This document shows positions 27,979-38,400 of a stretch of 64,000 bases of DNA, in pieces. Positions within the stretch are counted from its first letter, which is position 1. Each line of letters begins with the position of its first letter. A model generated the notes under the pieces. That model was given only the letters and a program-made list of their open reading frames with translations. It made no database searches and had not been told where the DNA came from. The DNA is taken from IMG/VR virus record IMGVR_UViG_3300028840_006907, positions 320,001-384,000 of that record; one strand, given 5' to 3'. The position numbers were made by a program, and so were the translations under genes. This DNA comes from a virus.

Positions 27979-30900
27979 ATGGCTCAAGTAGAAAGAAAAT
28001 GGATCCAGGACCAAGCAATTTCCAATGAAAAAGTAGATCCCACTGATATTTATACCATTACAGGTTTAAGAGTTGATGAAACCAATGCCATTGGGAGAGT
28101 AGGAATAGGTTTATCTAGCCCTTTGGATGCTCTTCATATTCAACGAACTGATTCTTCTTCTGGAATGATGCTGGATCTTAGTGATGGTACAAATGGTAAA
28201 CTTTATAAGATATATTCAGGAGCTAATGGTTTACTGAATTTTACTGATGCTACAGATGGGGGCATATTCACCTATGGTGAATCAGGTTCGATAGGTCGAG
28301 TTGGTATCAATACCGCATCTATCCAAGATCACCTTCATGTAAGTTCCCCTTTAACAGATGCTGCGTTAAGACTTGATTTAGATGATGGACTCAATGGTCG
28401 AGCTTATCGTCTTGTCTCAGATACAGATGGAGCTTTTAGGATAATTGATGTTGATGCGGGTAATGTAAATAGACTTCAGATTGCTAATACAGGAACTTTA
28501 ACTGTCTCAGGTGATGCAACTTTTGATAGTAATTTTCAAATTAATGGTACTGTTACAGTTATTAATACTGAAATTGTCATTGCAGATCAATTAGAAATAA
28601 ATCAAACTGACAATCAGGCAGCATTGATAGTAAGTCAAGATACAGGTGGTGCTACAGCCACTGTAATGAGAATTGAAAATGCTGGCACAGGCCATGCTTT
28701 AACCGTAGATTCTGGTAATGTAGGTATTGGTACTTTAACTCCGGCTGCTCCTCTTCATGTTCAAGGTGATATAATTACTGCCAATGGGTATAATATCGGA
28801 GACACCACTCATAGAATTGGTACTCTTTGGATGGCTTCTACTGTAGATTATTTGACTGACCTTAATTTTAGTTCAGGTGGAACAAATGTTACTTTTGCAA
28901 CCGGTGGAAATGTCGGGATAGGTTCTGGTACTCCTACCCAGGCCCTGGATGTGGTTGGAACTATAGAAAATACAGGTGATATCATAACAACTGGTTCTTA
29001 TCCTTCCGGTTTAATAAGAGGAGCTTATTTAACGATAACTACTGGAAATTCGACTTTCCAAGGAAGAGTGGGAATTGGTGTTACAAGTCCGTCTTATCCT
29101 CTTCATGTTGGTGGAGACATTTATTCCAATACAGGTAATATTGTAGCCACTGCTGGAACTGTGACAGGTGGATCTGGTTTAATAGCTACTACAGGTGGTG
29201 TTATAGCCTCTGCTGGAAATATAACAGCGACCTTGGGTGATCTCATCGCTTCTGCGGGTTCTGTAACTGCTAATACAAATGTAACTGCTACGAATGGAAA
29301 TATAGTTGCTTCTAATGGAAATATTTCTGCTACGAATGGTACAGTAACAGGAGGCACCGGTTTAATAGCTACCACAGGGGGTGTGACCGCTACGAATGGA
29401 AATATAGTTGCTTCTAATGGAAATATTTCTGCTACGAATGGTACAGTAACAGGAGGCACCGGTTTAATAGCTACCACAGGGGGTGTGACCGCTTTAGCTG
29501 GTAATATCTCTGCTTCGGCTGGTTCTGTAACTGCTAATACTAATATAACAGCCACGAATGGTAATATTGTTGCTTCTAATGGAAATATTTCTGCTACAAA
29601 TGGTACGGTAACAGGAGGCACCGGTTTAATAGCGACTACAGGTGGTGTAACCGCTACGGCTGGAAATATCACTGCTTCAAATGGTAGTTTTGTCGCTCCA
29701 AATGGAATTGTAAGTGTAGGTTTTGGCGTTATAGCAGCAGGGGGTGATATATTTGCCCAAACGGGTAAAGTAGGAATTTCAACCAGTTCTATTGCAGGAG
29801 GTTATGTATTACATGTTCAAGGAAACGCTTATTGTTCAGGTCAAGTAGATACAAATACTTTGGATGTAGGTAGTGGCAGTTTTACTGTAAGTGCAATTGG
29901 TGCAACAAATATCGGACCAGGCTGGTTAACTTTCGGTCAACATATGTCTGGTGGAGGACAGATTGGATCTGCTTCTACCGTAAATATTGTTTCAACCAGT
30001 GGTGCAACTATGTCAGGAGGTTCAGGCGCTGTCTCAATTACTACTAATAACAGTGGTACGCCAAGTGCGATTAATGTGACCTCTGGAAATAACACCGGAT
30101 CAGGAGTTGGTGGAGCACTCAATCTGAATGCAGGTGATTCGGGAGGAGCTGGTACAGGTGGTGCAGTAACTATTACTGGAGGAACGGCTTCAGGTGGTGG
30201 ATCTACAGGAGGAGACATTTTGCTGCTTCCTGGAAGTGCTGTCTCAAATGGGCGCGTTGAGGTAGGCACAGGTGCCTCTTCGAAAAATTTATGGGTTTCA
30301 GGTAGTGTAACTATAGAAGGAGCTAATTCTGCTTTTGCTCTTTCGATTAATAATACGAATTATGTAGGAGCTTATTGTGCAATAGCAGGAGCATCAACGG
30401 TAGCTGGCTGGTTTGAAAATAGTGGTTCAGATTCAACATCTATGTTTGTGCAACAATTAAATACTGGTAAAGGGCTTTTCGCTACTGGATTAGGATTAAA
30501 TTCTTTTGCAGGATTTTTCCAAAGTACGGGCTATACAACTCTTAGGTCAGAAGTGAGTGGTACTGGAGGTGGTGATTATGCTGTACATGCAATATGTACA
30601 AATGCTGGATCGAGTGCCACTTCAGCAGCAGTTTTTGCTCAAAATTGGGGAGGTGGAAAAGCTATTCAGGCAACCGCAGGAACTGGAACTACTATTCAAG
30701 GGTCAAACACTAATGGTACTGCTATTTATGGGTCTCAAGCAGGAACCTCTGGTAGAGCAGGACGTTTTAGGTGTAATGCTGGATCTTATGCATACAATGC
30801 TGTTGAGGTAGAAGTGACTTCAGGTACAGGAGCTTCAAAAGGGATCTTAGTTAATTATACCGGTTCTGGTAATGCTATAGAAGTAAACGGTGGTAGTGGC

Positions 30901-31665
30901 TATGGTATTGAAGCATACCAAAGTGCAGGAACAGTTTATCATGGGACTAATTCAGGAACTACAGGTAGAGCTGCTTTATTCGAAACTTCTAATACCAGTT
31001 TTAATGGTACTATAGTTGAAATAAGTAGTAATACAACATCACTGAATAATAATTGTTTAGTTTGCAATCATTCAGGTAGTGGTACAGGTCTTACTGTTAA
31101 CTCCAATGCAGCGGGTGCTAGTTTTGGTATTAACAGCTTTATGCCGGGTGTCTCTGGAACTGGAAGAGCTATTAATGGCTACTGTGTTTCAGCATCAGGA
31201 TTTGCCGGTTATTTTACTGGGAATGTACATATTGCGGGTACTCTTTCTAAAACTGCGGGTGGTTTTAAAATTGATCATCCAATTGAACCTGAGACAAAGA
31301 ATTTAGTTCATAGTTTTGTTGAAAGCCCTGAGATGAGGAATGTCTATTATGGACGGGCTGTGACTCATGATGGGACAGCATCTATAGGTCTTCCGGATTG
31401 GTGGGTTACATTAAATGGGTCTAATAAGGAAGAGTATAATTATAGTTTAACTACTATTGGTAAATACAGCAGATTATTTATTAGTAAAGAAATAGAGAAC
31501 AATCAATTTGAAGTCTCTTCATTGGATGGAGACTGTACTTTTTCCTGGACTATCTCAGCCATTCGCCATGATACTTATGCTGAGAGCAACAGAATACAAG
31601 TAGAAAAGAACAAAACACAAGAAGAAATAGATGATTATAAAAAAGAGCATGGCATTTCTGTCTAA
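27979..31665 (+). CDS. glycine/threonine-rich fibre-like structural protein (tail-fibre-like), paralog 1
   Basis: 1228 aa; AAAGGAG RBS; long G/T/S/N-rich beta-rich repeats; N-terminal ~300 aa closely match 31696-35172. Confidence 0.6.
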   Translation: MAQVERKWIQDQAISNEKVDPTDIYTITGLRVDETNAIGRVGIGLSSPLDALHIQRTDSSSGMMLDLSDGTNGKLYKIYSGANGLLNFTDATDGGIFTYGESGSIGRVGINTASIQDHLHVSSPLTDAALRLDLDDGLNGRAYRLVSDTDGAFRIIDVDAGNVNRLQIANTGTLTVSGDATFDSNFQINGTVTVINTEIVIADQLEINQTDNQAALIVSQDTGGATATVMRIENAGTGHALTVDSGNVGIGTLTPAAPLHVQGDIITANGYNIGDTTHRIGTLWMASTVDYLTDLNFSSGGTNVTFATGGNVGIGSGTPTQALDVVGTIENTGDIITTGSYPSGLIRGAYLTITTGNSTFQGRVGIGVTSPSYPLHVGGDIYSNTGNIVATAGTVTGGSGLIATTGGVIASAGNITATLGDLIASAGSVTANTNVTATNGNIVASNGNISATNGTVTGGTGLIATTGGVTATNGNIVASNGNISATNGTVTGGTGLIATTGGVTALAGNISASAGSVTANTNITATNGNIVASNGNISATNGTVTGGTGLIATTGGVTATAGNITASNGSFVAPNGIVSVGFGVIAAGGDIFAQTGKVGISTSSIAGGYVLHVQGNAYCSGQVDTNTLDVGSGSFTVSAIGATNIGPGWLTFGQHMSGGGQIGSASTVNIVSTSGATMSGGSGAVSITTNNSGTPSAINVTSGNNTGSGVGGALNLNAGDSGGAGTGGAVTITGGTASGGGSTGGDILLLPGSAVSNGRVEVGTGASSKNLWVSGSVTIEGANSAFALSINNTNYVGAYCAIAGASTVAGWFENSGSDSTSMFVQQLNTGKGLFATGLGLNSFAGFFQSTGYTTLRSEVSGTGGGDYAVHAICTNAGSSATSAAVFAQNWGGGKAIQATAGTGTTIQGSNTNGTAIYGSQAGTSGRAGRFRCNAGSYAYNAVEVEVTSGTGASKGILVNYTGSGNAIEVNGGSGYGIEAYQSAGTVYHGTNSGTTGRAALFETSNTSFNGTIVEISSNTTSLNNNCLVCNHSGSGTGLTVNSNAAGASFGINSFMPGVSGTGRAINGYCVSASGFAGYFTGNVHIAGTLSKTAGGFKIDHPIEPETKNLVHSFVESPEMRNVYYGRAVTHDGTASIGLPDWWVTLNGSNKEEYNYSLTTIGKYSRLFISKEIENNQFEVSSLDGDCTFSWTISAIRHDTYAESNRIQVEKNKTQEEIDDYKKEHGISV
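29287..29490 (+). repeat. perfect 102-bp tandem duplication inside fibre CDS, plus a third imperfect copy to ~29650
   Basis: Unit GCTACGAATGGAAATATAGTTGC...GGGGGTGTGACC repeated identically at 29287 and 29389; in-frame, 34 aa (ATNGNIVASNGNISATNGTVTGGTGLIATTGGVT). Confidence 0.8.
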
Positions 31666-31695
31666 ATTTCTTTTGTAAAAAGGAGTTAAATACTC

Positions 31696-34600
31696 ATGTC
31701 ACAAGTGTTGAGAAAATGGATAGCTGATCAAGCCGTTAATAATGATAAAATAGATCCTACCGATACCTATACAATTACAGGATTGAGAGTCGATGAGACG
31801 AATGCCGTAGGAAGAATAGCAATGGGATTAAGCAGTCCATTAGATGCTATTCATATTAGGAGGACTGATACTTCTGCTGGTATAATAATGGATCTTGATG
31901 ATGGAGGTTCAGGACGATCTTATCAAATAACTTCAGATCAAAGTGGCTTTTTAAATGTAAGAGATAGAGATCTCGATGTTGATCGATTGACTTTATATTC
32001 TGTTCCTTCAGTAGGGCGCTTAGGAGTAAATAGTTATTCTCCTCAAGACACTATTCATGCACGATCAACTGTACTTGCTTCAGCTTTACGATTAGATACC
32101 GATGATGGATTTGCAGGAAGATCTTATCGTGTCGTTTCTGATACCGATGGTGCTTTTAAGATTATCGATGTTGATGCAGGTAATGTGAATAGATTTCAAA
32201 TTGCTAATACAGGTACTTTGACAGTTTCAGGTGATGCAACTTTCGATAGTAATTTTCAGATTAACGGTACTGTTACTGTAATAAATACAGAAATAGTAGT
32301 AGCTGATCAGCTCGAAATTAATCAAACAGATGATCAGGCTGCGTTAATAGTAAGTCAAGATAATGCAGGTGCCACGGCTACTGTAATGAGAATCGAAAAT
32401 GCAGGTTCGGGTCATGCTTTAACCGTAGATTCTGGTAATGTAGGTATTGGTACTTTAACTCCGGCTGCTCCTCTTCATGTTCAAGGAGATATAATTACTG
32501 CTAATGGGTATAATATCGGAGACACCACTCATCGAATTGGTACTCTCTGGATGGCTTCCACTGTAGATTATCAAACAAATTTAAATTTTTATTCTGGTGG
32601 AAATAATGTTACCTTTGCCACGGGTGGTAATGTTGGTATAGGTTCGACTATTCCTACTCAGGCCCTGGATGTGGTTGGAAATATTTTAGGTAGTGCAAAT
32701 ATACAGGGTGCAACATTAACTATAAATACAGGACCTTCCCAGTTTACTGGAAATGTTGGTATCGGGATTTCTCCTTCATATCCTCTTCATGTAAGTGGTG
32801 CTATTGTAGGAACTACGACAGTAACGGGTGGTACAGGTATTATTGCTTCAACTGGTAATATTACAGCTTCTACAGGAAATATAATAGCAACCTTGGGAGA
32901 TATGACAGCGGTTGCAGGGGATATAGCTGCTCCATTAGGTACAATTACGGCATCGAGTTTAAATATAACCTCAGGGCCAACTTCACTTGCTGGCCCTTTT
33001 TCAGTTACGACCCCAGCTACAACTGATACTTATATGGAAATTAGTAGAGCTGGTTTTCCTGCATTCAAAGTCCAGACTTATTATGTTGCTTCACCTACTA
33101 CAAGCAGAATTGTGGAAATGGGTGCTACTGACGGTGGACAGACACATATTACTTATGGTAGTGGCGGTCCAACACGTCGAGCCATTTCGATTTTAAGTGC
33201 TGGTGCTACTTTAGGTTATGTAGGTATAGGTACTCAAACCCCCGCACAAAGACTTCAAGTTCAAGGTAATATTCAAGTAGAAGGTGATTTTTTAGGAAAG
33301 CCTACTGCAAGTGCTTCGAATATAGGTAGTTCTACTCGTCGGATTGGTACTATTTATATGGATTCGACAGTTAACACAGGTTCTACGGGTTTAACAATAG
33401 CGCCTAGTGGGAGCCCGATGTTATATGTCACTCCAAGTGGAGTAGGTATAGGAACAGATTTTCCTGTCAATTTATTAGATGTGAGAAGTTCTGGTGCTGT
33501 GGCTGCTCAGCTTCAGGCTGGTTCTGGTGGAAACAATGCATTTTTTAGAGTGAGAGCAAATGGTATTGGTGGAGATGCATCTATAGTAGTGGATTCAGGG
33601 GATGCTGCTAATGCTTCTACAGTAGATTTTTATTTTGCTGGTAATCCTGGTGGTTCGATAGAATATAAGGGTTGGAATATGAATATAAACAACTCTATAG
33701 GTTATACGAGCGTGAATATTGGGAGTCAACCAGTATTAAAAGTGGACTCACCAGGAGTCGATGTTAGTACATCAGGTAATTTAACAATGAATCTTCGAGG
33801 TGGTCCAACTAATAGCATAAATTTAGACTTTGGTAATACCTTTTTAGCTTATGCAGGTATTCATCAACCTCATTTTCTTGATACTACGGTATATAATAAT
33901 ATTGGCAAGATCATTTTAACGCCCAGTACTAACATGCTTTATGCAACAAGTACTGGTGTTGGTATATTTCAAGCGGATGTCCCTAGCGCTTTTCTACATG
34001 TAAAGAGTACTGTAGGGGCTGCTGATGCTAAGATTGAATCGACAGTAGGAAATGCTCAATTAGATCTTACTCCTCAATTTAATGCTAATGCTATTCTAAA
34101 TATGACTGCATTTTCCGGTATTCAGCAGACAGGTGCTACAGACATGACCATGTTTAATAATATCGGAAGAATTGTTTTAACTCCAAGTTCTAATATGCTT
34201 TATGCTACAAGTACAGGAGTTGGAATTTTTCAAGCTGATGTTCCTACCGCTTTTTTACATGTTAAGAGTACAGTTGGACTAGCTGATGCGAAAATTGAGT
34301 CCACAGTAGGAAATGCTAAATTAACATTTACTCCGCAATTTAGTTCTAATGCAATTATCGAATTTGGAGCATTTGCAGGTATTCAACAAACTGGTTTTAC
34401 TGATACTACTGTGTTTAATAATGCAGGTCAGATTGTTTTGTCTCCTAGTTTAGGAGTGTTGCGTGCTTCAAGTGCAGGTGTAGGTCTTACTTATGGTGAT
34501 ACTTTTACACCAGGTTATTTGTTGCATATGTATAGAAGTTCTGGATCTACTGAAGCAAAAATTGAATCAGATGATAATAATGCCCGATTAAGGCTTGATT

Positions 34601-35172
34601 GTGGTAATAATCAGGAGAGTGAAATATTTTTTCAAGAACAGGGTAATAATGAAGCGTCTATTCAATATAATGCCACTAATCAAAGATTATACATTCGTGG
34701 TTCAGATGGCCTCAGATTTGGGACATATCCATCAACCAACACAATGAATTTATATAGTAGTGGTCTTATCCATTATTCAGCATACGAAGCTCATCCTTAT
34801 ACAGGTGGTGGAGATGGTTATCATTTCGATCTATGTGTTGATAGTGCAGGAGATATGACTACAAATAGAGTTCAGAATATTGAAGTTTATGGGACTCTTG
34901 GTTCAGGAACTAGTGGTTTAATAGATTTAAGTGGTCGCAGTAGTCAGATTAACAATAATACTTTTATTGCTTTTGACTTATCTGTTAAACATCTTGGTTT
35001 TGGAGATGTCTGGTATCCACCAGGTTATGATTCGTCTGGTACTATCAAACATTATGATGCACGTTTTCAAATTCCAAGTGGCCCTGCTGTTATTCTTATT
35101 AATCGTGGAGCTGATATGGATGGTGCTAATCCTTATAGGTTACTCGTTTGGTTTCGTACTGTAAGTCATTAA
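31696..35172 (+). CDS. fibre-like structural protein, paralog 2
   Basis: 1158 aa; AAAGGAG RBS; N-terminus MSQVLRKWIADQAVNNDKIDPTDTYTITGLRVDETNAVGR matches paralog 1; divergent C-terminal two-thirds. Confidence 0.6.
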   Translation: MSQVLRKWIADQAVNNDKIDPTDTYTITGLRVDETNAVGRIAMGLSSPLDAIHIRRTDTSAGIIMDLDDGGSGRSYQITSDQSGFLNVRDRDLDVDRLTLYSVPSVGRLGVNSYSPQDTIHARSTVLASALRLDTDDGFAGRSYRVVSDTDGAFKIIDVDAGNVNRFQIANTGTLTVSGDATFDSNFQINGTVTVINTEIVVADQLEINQTDDQAALIVSQDNAGATATVMRIENAGSGHALTVDSGNVGIGTLTPAAPLHVQGDIITANGYNIGDTTHRIGTLWMASTVDYQTNLNFYSGGNNVTFATGGNVGIGSTIPTQALDVVGNILGSANIQGATLTINTGPSQFTGNVGIGISPSYPLHVSGAIVGTTTVTGGTGIIASTGNITASTGNIIATLGDMTAVAGDIAAPLGTITASSLNITSGPTSLAGPFSVTTPATTDTYMEISRAGFPAFKVQTYYVASPTTSRIVEMGATDGGQTHITYGSGGPTRRAISILSAGATLGYVGIGTQTPAQRLQVQGNIQVEGDFLGKPTASASNIGSSTRRIGTIYMDSTVNTGSTGLTIAPSGSPMLYVTPSGVGIGTDFPVNLLDVRSSGAVAAQLQAGSGGNNAFFRVRANGIGGDASIVVDSGDAANASTVDFYFAGNPGGSIEYKGWNMNINNSIGYTSVNIGSQPVLKVDSPGVDVSTSGNLTMNLRGGPTNSINLDFGNTFLAYAGIHQPHFLDTTVYNNIGKIILTPSTNMLYATSTGVGIFQADVPSAFLHVKSTVGAADAKIESTVGNAQLDLTPQFNANAILNMTAFSGIQQTGATDMTMFNNIGRIVLTPSSNMLYATSTGVGIFQADVPTAFLHVKSTVGLADAKIESTVGNAKLTFTPQFSSNAIIEFGAFAGIQQTGFTDTTVFNNAGQIVLSPSLGVLRASSAGVGLTYGDTFTPGYLLHMYRSSGSTEAKIESDDNNARLRLDCGNNQESEIFFQEQGNNEASIQYNATNQRLYIRGSDGLRFGTYPSTNTMNLYSSGLIHYSAYEAHPYTGGGDGYHFDLCVDSAGDMTTNRVQNIEVYGTLGSGTSGLIDLSGRSSQINNNTFIAFDLSVKHLGFGDVWYPPGYDSSGTIKHYDARFQIPSGPAVILINRGADMDGANPYRLLVWFRTVSH
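33895..34416 (+). repeat. imperfect in-frame tandem repeat (2 x ~261 bp) within fibre paralog 2
   Basis: Two ~87-aa units starting NNIGKIILTPSTNMLYATSTGVGIFQADVP and NNIGRIVLTPSSNMLYATSTGVGIFQADVP, roughly 80% nt identity. Confidence 0.5.
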
Positions 35173-35250
35173 TAATTTAATAATCATTTAATATTTAACA
35201 TATAGGTAAATATCTAAATTTAAATTTAAATAAAATAAGTGAGGTTTTAT

Positions 35251-35553
35251 ATGTCTGGTGATCAAAGAGAACAAATACCACCTCCAACAGTGGTTGATGG
35301 CCCAGGAGTGGCAGAAGAGAAGCAAGAAACAGTTAACAAGACAGTTGATTCCAAAGTAAATTTGAATGTGGATCCAATTACTGCAATCAATTTAAATGCT
35401 TTGGAATATGATAGAAAGATAAGAGAGGCTGAGGCAGTTGTAGCCCAGTTAAAGAGTGAGAGAGCTGCTTACATTTATGATGCAAATGTAAAGAATCTTG
35501 TGGCTCAAGCTCAGGCTCAACAAAATCAACCTCAAAACCCAGTACAAAATTAA
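35251..35553 (+). CDS. hypothetical Q/A-rich protein
   Basis: ATG at 35251 preceded by GTGAGG RBS (track start 35239). Confidence 0.4.
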   Translation: MSGDQREQIPPPTVVDGPGVAEEKQETVNKTVDSKVNLNVDPITAINLNALEYDRKIREAEAVVAQLKSERAAYIYDANVKNLVAQAQAQQNQPQNPVQN

Positions 35554-35555
35554 TT

Positions 35556-35834
35556 ATGAATCCAATTGTAAATTATATTGATCTCAAGACACCTTTTGGA
35601 ACAAATATTCCGTTAGTTCAAAAAAGGTTATCAAAAAATTCTACGAGGAATTTTAATGATAAGCAGGAATTTATTGATCATATTGATTCGATAAAGCCTT
35701 CTCGAAGAGTTGATACTTATCTTGTGATAAAATGTAGCTGTGAAAAAGAATATGAATATAAAAATAAGGATGAAGTACCTTCTTCTGGTTTAGTTTGTGG
35801 TTGCAAGAGAGTTTTACTCAAATACGGTAACTGA
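35556..35834 (+). CDS. small cysteine-containing hypothetical protein
   Basis: 92 aa with CSC...CGC pairs. Confidence 0.4.
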   Translation: MNPIVNYIDLKTPFGTNIPLVQKRLSKNSTRNFNDKQEFIDHIDSIKPSRRVDTYLVIKCSCEKEYEYKNKDEVPSSGLVCGCKRVLLKYGN

Positions 35835-35912
35835 CTCTCGATGATGTGTTTCATAGGTTTTTCATTTTTTCCTTCTTATTTAAAAATGTAGAACTTTGAG
35901 GTTAAAGAATTA

Positions 35913-35945
35913 AAAAAGGGCGATTGGTGAGTCGCCCTTTTTTAA
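35913..35945 (+). terminator. rho-independent terminator, possibly bidirectional
   Basis: A-tract, GGGCGA - loop - TCGCCC, then T6. Confidence 0.55.
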
Positions 35946-36008
35946 TTTTCTTCTAATATCATAATACTCTATAGAATCAATTTAATATCTATTATAAAAG
36001 GTATAATT

Positions 36009-38234
36009 ATGTCTTACATGTTTCGATTGACTGTTGATAGTAGCAAAATAATAGGAACTGATAAAACAGATTTTCCTGTTTTATTTAATGAAAATTGTTC
36101 GAATATACCATCTTCTTTTTGGTCTAATATCACTGATGTAACAGATGGATTAGATGTTCGTTTTTATGATAGTACATCAAAATCAATTGAATATTCAAGA
36201 GAAGTTGTATCAGTTGATGCTACTGGTGAAACTATTGAATCATGGGTACAAATACCTTCTTTAAGTGTTAGTGCAGATACTGATCTTTATTGTGAAGTTG
36301 GAGGTGGTGATCGAACAAATGATACTGATATATGGACTGATTTAGGGGCACTTGGAATTTATCATATGGAAAACACTGCTAGTTCTGTTGATAATGGAAA
36401 AGATGCAACAAATAGTGATGCCACTTCCATAACTGGAAGAATAGGAAGATGTTACGATTTTGACGGTACAAGTAATTATATGGTAATGGATAATTATACC
36501 TTTTTAACTTCTAATCCTTACTATGTTTCTGCCTGGATTAATATGGATAACACTAAAGTAACTGATCCAAGTTGGGAGGATCAATTCGCTACCATATTTA
36601 ATAGATTAGAGAAGTGTAATGAATCTGTATCAGGAAGAGGATCATGCTCATTTGATTTTGGTGTTGATAGAGATGCTAAAGTAGGCTTTTTTGTTGGAGA
36701 TAATTTAACTAATGTATGTTCTAATGCAGGTTATCATCAAGATAGGTATACCACAGATAGCACTATTAATATGAATACATGGTATCATGTTGGTGTCTGG
36801 ATTGAAGATATTTCACAAACAACACCTAACCGTATTGTGAAATTTTATATAGATGGTCAATTGGTCTCTTCTACAGAGAATATTAGTGCCGCTGTTGACT
36901 ATTCGAATACTCATAGACCAGGTGAACAAACTCGAATTGGTAGTGGATATAGAATAGGGGGAGCACACTATCAAAATTTTAATGGTCGAATAGATGAATT
37001 AAGAATATTTAATGGTTCAGATTTTGATTCTAGTTGGATTGAGACAAGTTATAATACTCAAAGTGATCCAGCTTCATTTCTTTCTGGTAGTACCCTTCCA
37101 TTTCAATTTAATGTGAATGTCATATCAGATTATGTCCCTGGTTCAGATAAAACGAATTTTCCAGTAATGTTTACTCAAGATTGTAGCAATGTACCCTCCG
37201 AGTTATGGGATCATGTTTCGGATACGACAAATGGATTAGATATTAGATTTTATAGTGATTCTGGAAAGAGTGTTGAATATGATCGTGAAATTGTTCTTTA
37301 TGATCGGACTGGTCAAAAAGTAGAAGCTTATATAAAAGTACCTACATTAAATGCTTCTTCAAATACAACTTTTGTATGTGAAATAGGGGATGCTACAAAA
37401 GCTAATGATCAAATTTGGGCCGATTCTAGCGCTAGAGGTATATACCATCTTCAAAAGAGTTTAATGGATTATTCTCCAAGAGGACTGGATGGTACAAATA
37501 ATGGTTCTTTAGACTCAACAGGAAAAATAAATGACGCTTATTCATTTAATGATAGCCATGTCCAAATTTATGAGAGTACTGCTTATAATGATACTGTAGC
37601 AATAAGTGCATGGATAAATCTTAATTCTTATCCGCCAAATAATTCTTTAACAGGTTCTCCGAACTATGGCCGTGCAAGTATTTACAATACGGCAGTTATC
37701 TGTTCAACCACTTATAGAGGTTGGATTCCCATGAGTTTTAATATTACACCAACTGGTGAACTTGATTTTTGGGTTAGGACAAGTGTTAGTTGTGGTGGTG
37801 GAGCAACTACATGGGGCTATCGAACGGATAGTACACATATCAGTCTTTATAATTGGCATCATGTCATGGCTGTTATAAATAATTATACAGATGGTGCAAC
37901 AAGATCTCTGACATTTTATGTAGATGGTCAATCGGTAGCTGCTACAAAAGTTTATACTGCAGAATTTGCCCCGGTATACGCTGGTGGTATTCAAACAAGA
38001 ATTGGGTCCCAGTATAAAACTTCAGGTGTTAATGAGTGGCGAATAGATGGTATTATTGATGAATTGCGGATTCATGATGGTTGGGAGCCTCCTGATACTG
38101 ATTGGATAGAGACTGATTATAATAATCAAAATGATCCGAATACGTTTATTATTTGCGGGGATGTTCCAACTCCTCCTTCTACTTCTGTACCTGTAATGCG
38201 AAGAAGACAAAAAGTGAACAGTAGTGGTTTTTAA
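36009..38234 (+). CDS. surface/adhesin-like protein with two tandem DUF2341-like + LamG-like modules
   Basis: 741 aa; module 1 TDKTDFPVLF...GLDVRFYDSTSKSIEYSREV and GRIDELRIFNG; module 2 SDKTNFPVMF...GLDIRFYSDSGKSVEYDREI and GIIDELRIHDG. Confidence 0.6.
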   Translation: MSYMFRLTVDSSKIIGTDKTDFPVLFNENCSNIPSSFWSNITDVTDGLDVRFYDSTSKSIEYSREVVSVDATGETIESWVQIPSLSVSADTDLYCEVGGGDRTNDTDIWTDLGALGIYHMENTASSVDNGKDATNSDATSITGRIGRCYDFDGTSNYMVMDNYTFLTSNPYYVSAWINMDNTKVTDPSWEDQFATIFNRLEKCNESVSGRGSCSFDFGVDRDAKVGFFVGDNLTNVCSNAGYHQDRYTTDSTINMNTWYHVGVWIEDISQTTPNRIVKFYIDGQLVSSTENISAAVDYSNTHRPGEQTRIGSGYRIGGAHYQNFNGRIDELRIFNGSDFDSSWIETSYNTQSDPASFLSGSTLPFQFNVNVISDYVPGSDKTNFPVMFTQDCSNVPSELWDHVSDTTNGLDIRFYSDSGKSVEYDREIVLYDRTGQKVEAYIKVPTLNASSNTTFVCEIGDATKANDQIWADSSARGIYHLQKSLMDYSPRGLDGTNNGSLDSTGKINDAYSFNDSHVQIYESTAYNDTVAISAWINLNSYPPNNSLTGSPNYGRASIYNTAVICSTTYRGWIPMSFNITPTGELDFWVRTSVSCGGGATTWGYRTDSTHISLYNWHHVMAVINNYTDGATRSLTFYVDGQSVAATKVYTAEFAPVYAGGIQTRIGSQYKTSGVNEWRIDGIIDELRIHDGWEPPDTDWIETDYNNQNDPNTFIICGDVPTPPSTSVPVMRRRQKVNSSGF

Positions 38235-38400
38235 AAAAATTCTTCCTTTATTAATCTATTAATATTCATCCTTCTTTAATAGCCTTAATAATAAGAAAGG
38301 GCTGTGATTTATCAATTGTTGATAAGGTCCCTTAATCTTTTTTTGTTATGGCCATGAAAAAAGAATCAAATGGCTTTTATATAATTAAGGAGCTGATACT

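Noticed and set aside
29121-29672. 183-aa minus-strand ORF inside the fibre gene
   Set aside because: It lies antisense to the perfect tandem repeats and its sequence is internally repetitive (VAIKPVPPVTVPFVAEIFPLEAT three times), typical of a spurious open frame opposite a repeat-rich CDS.
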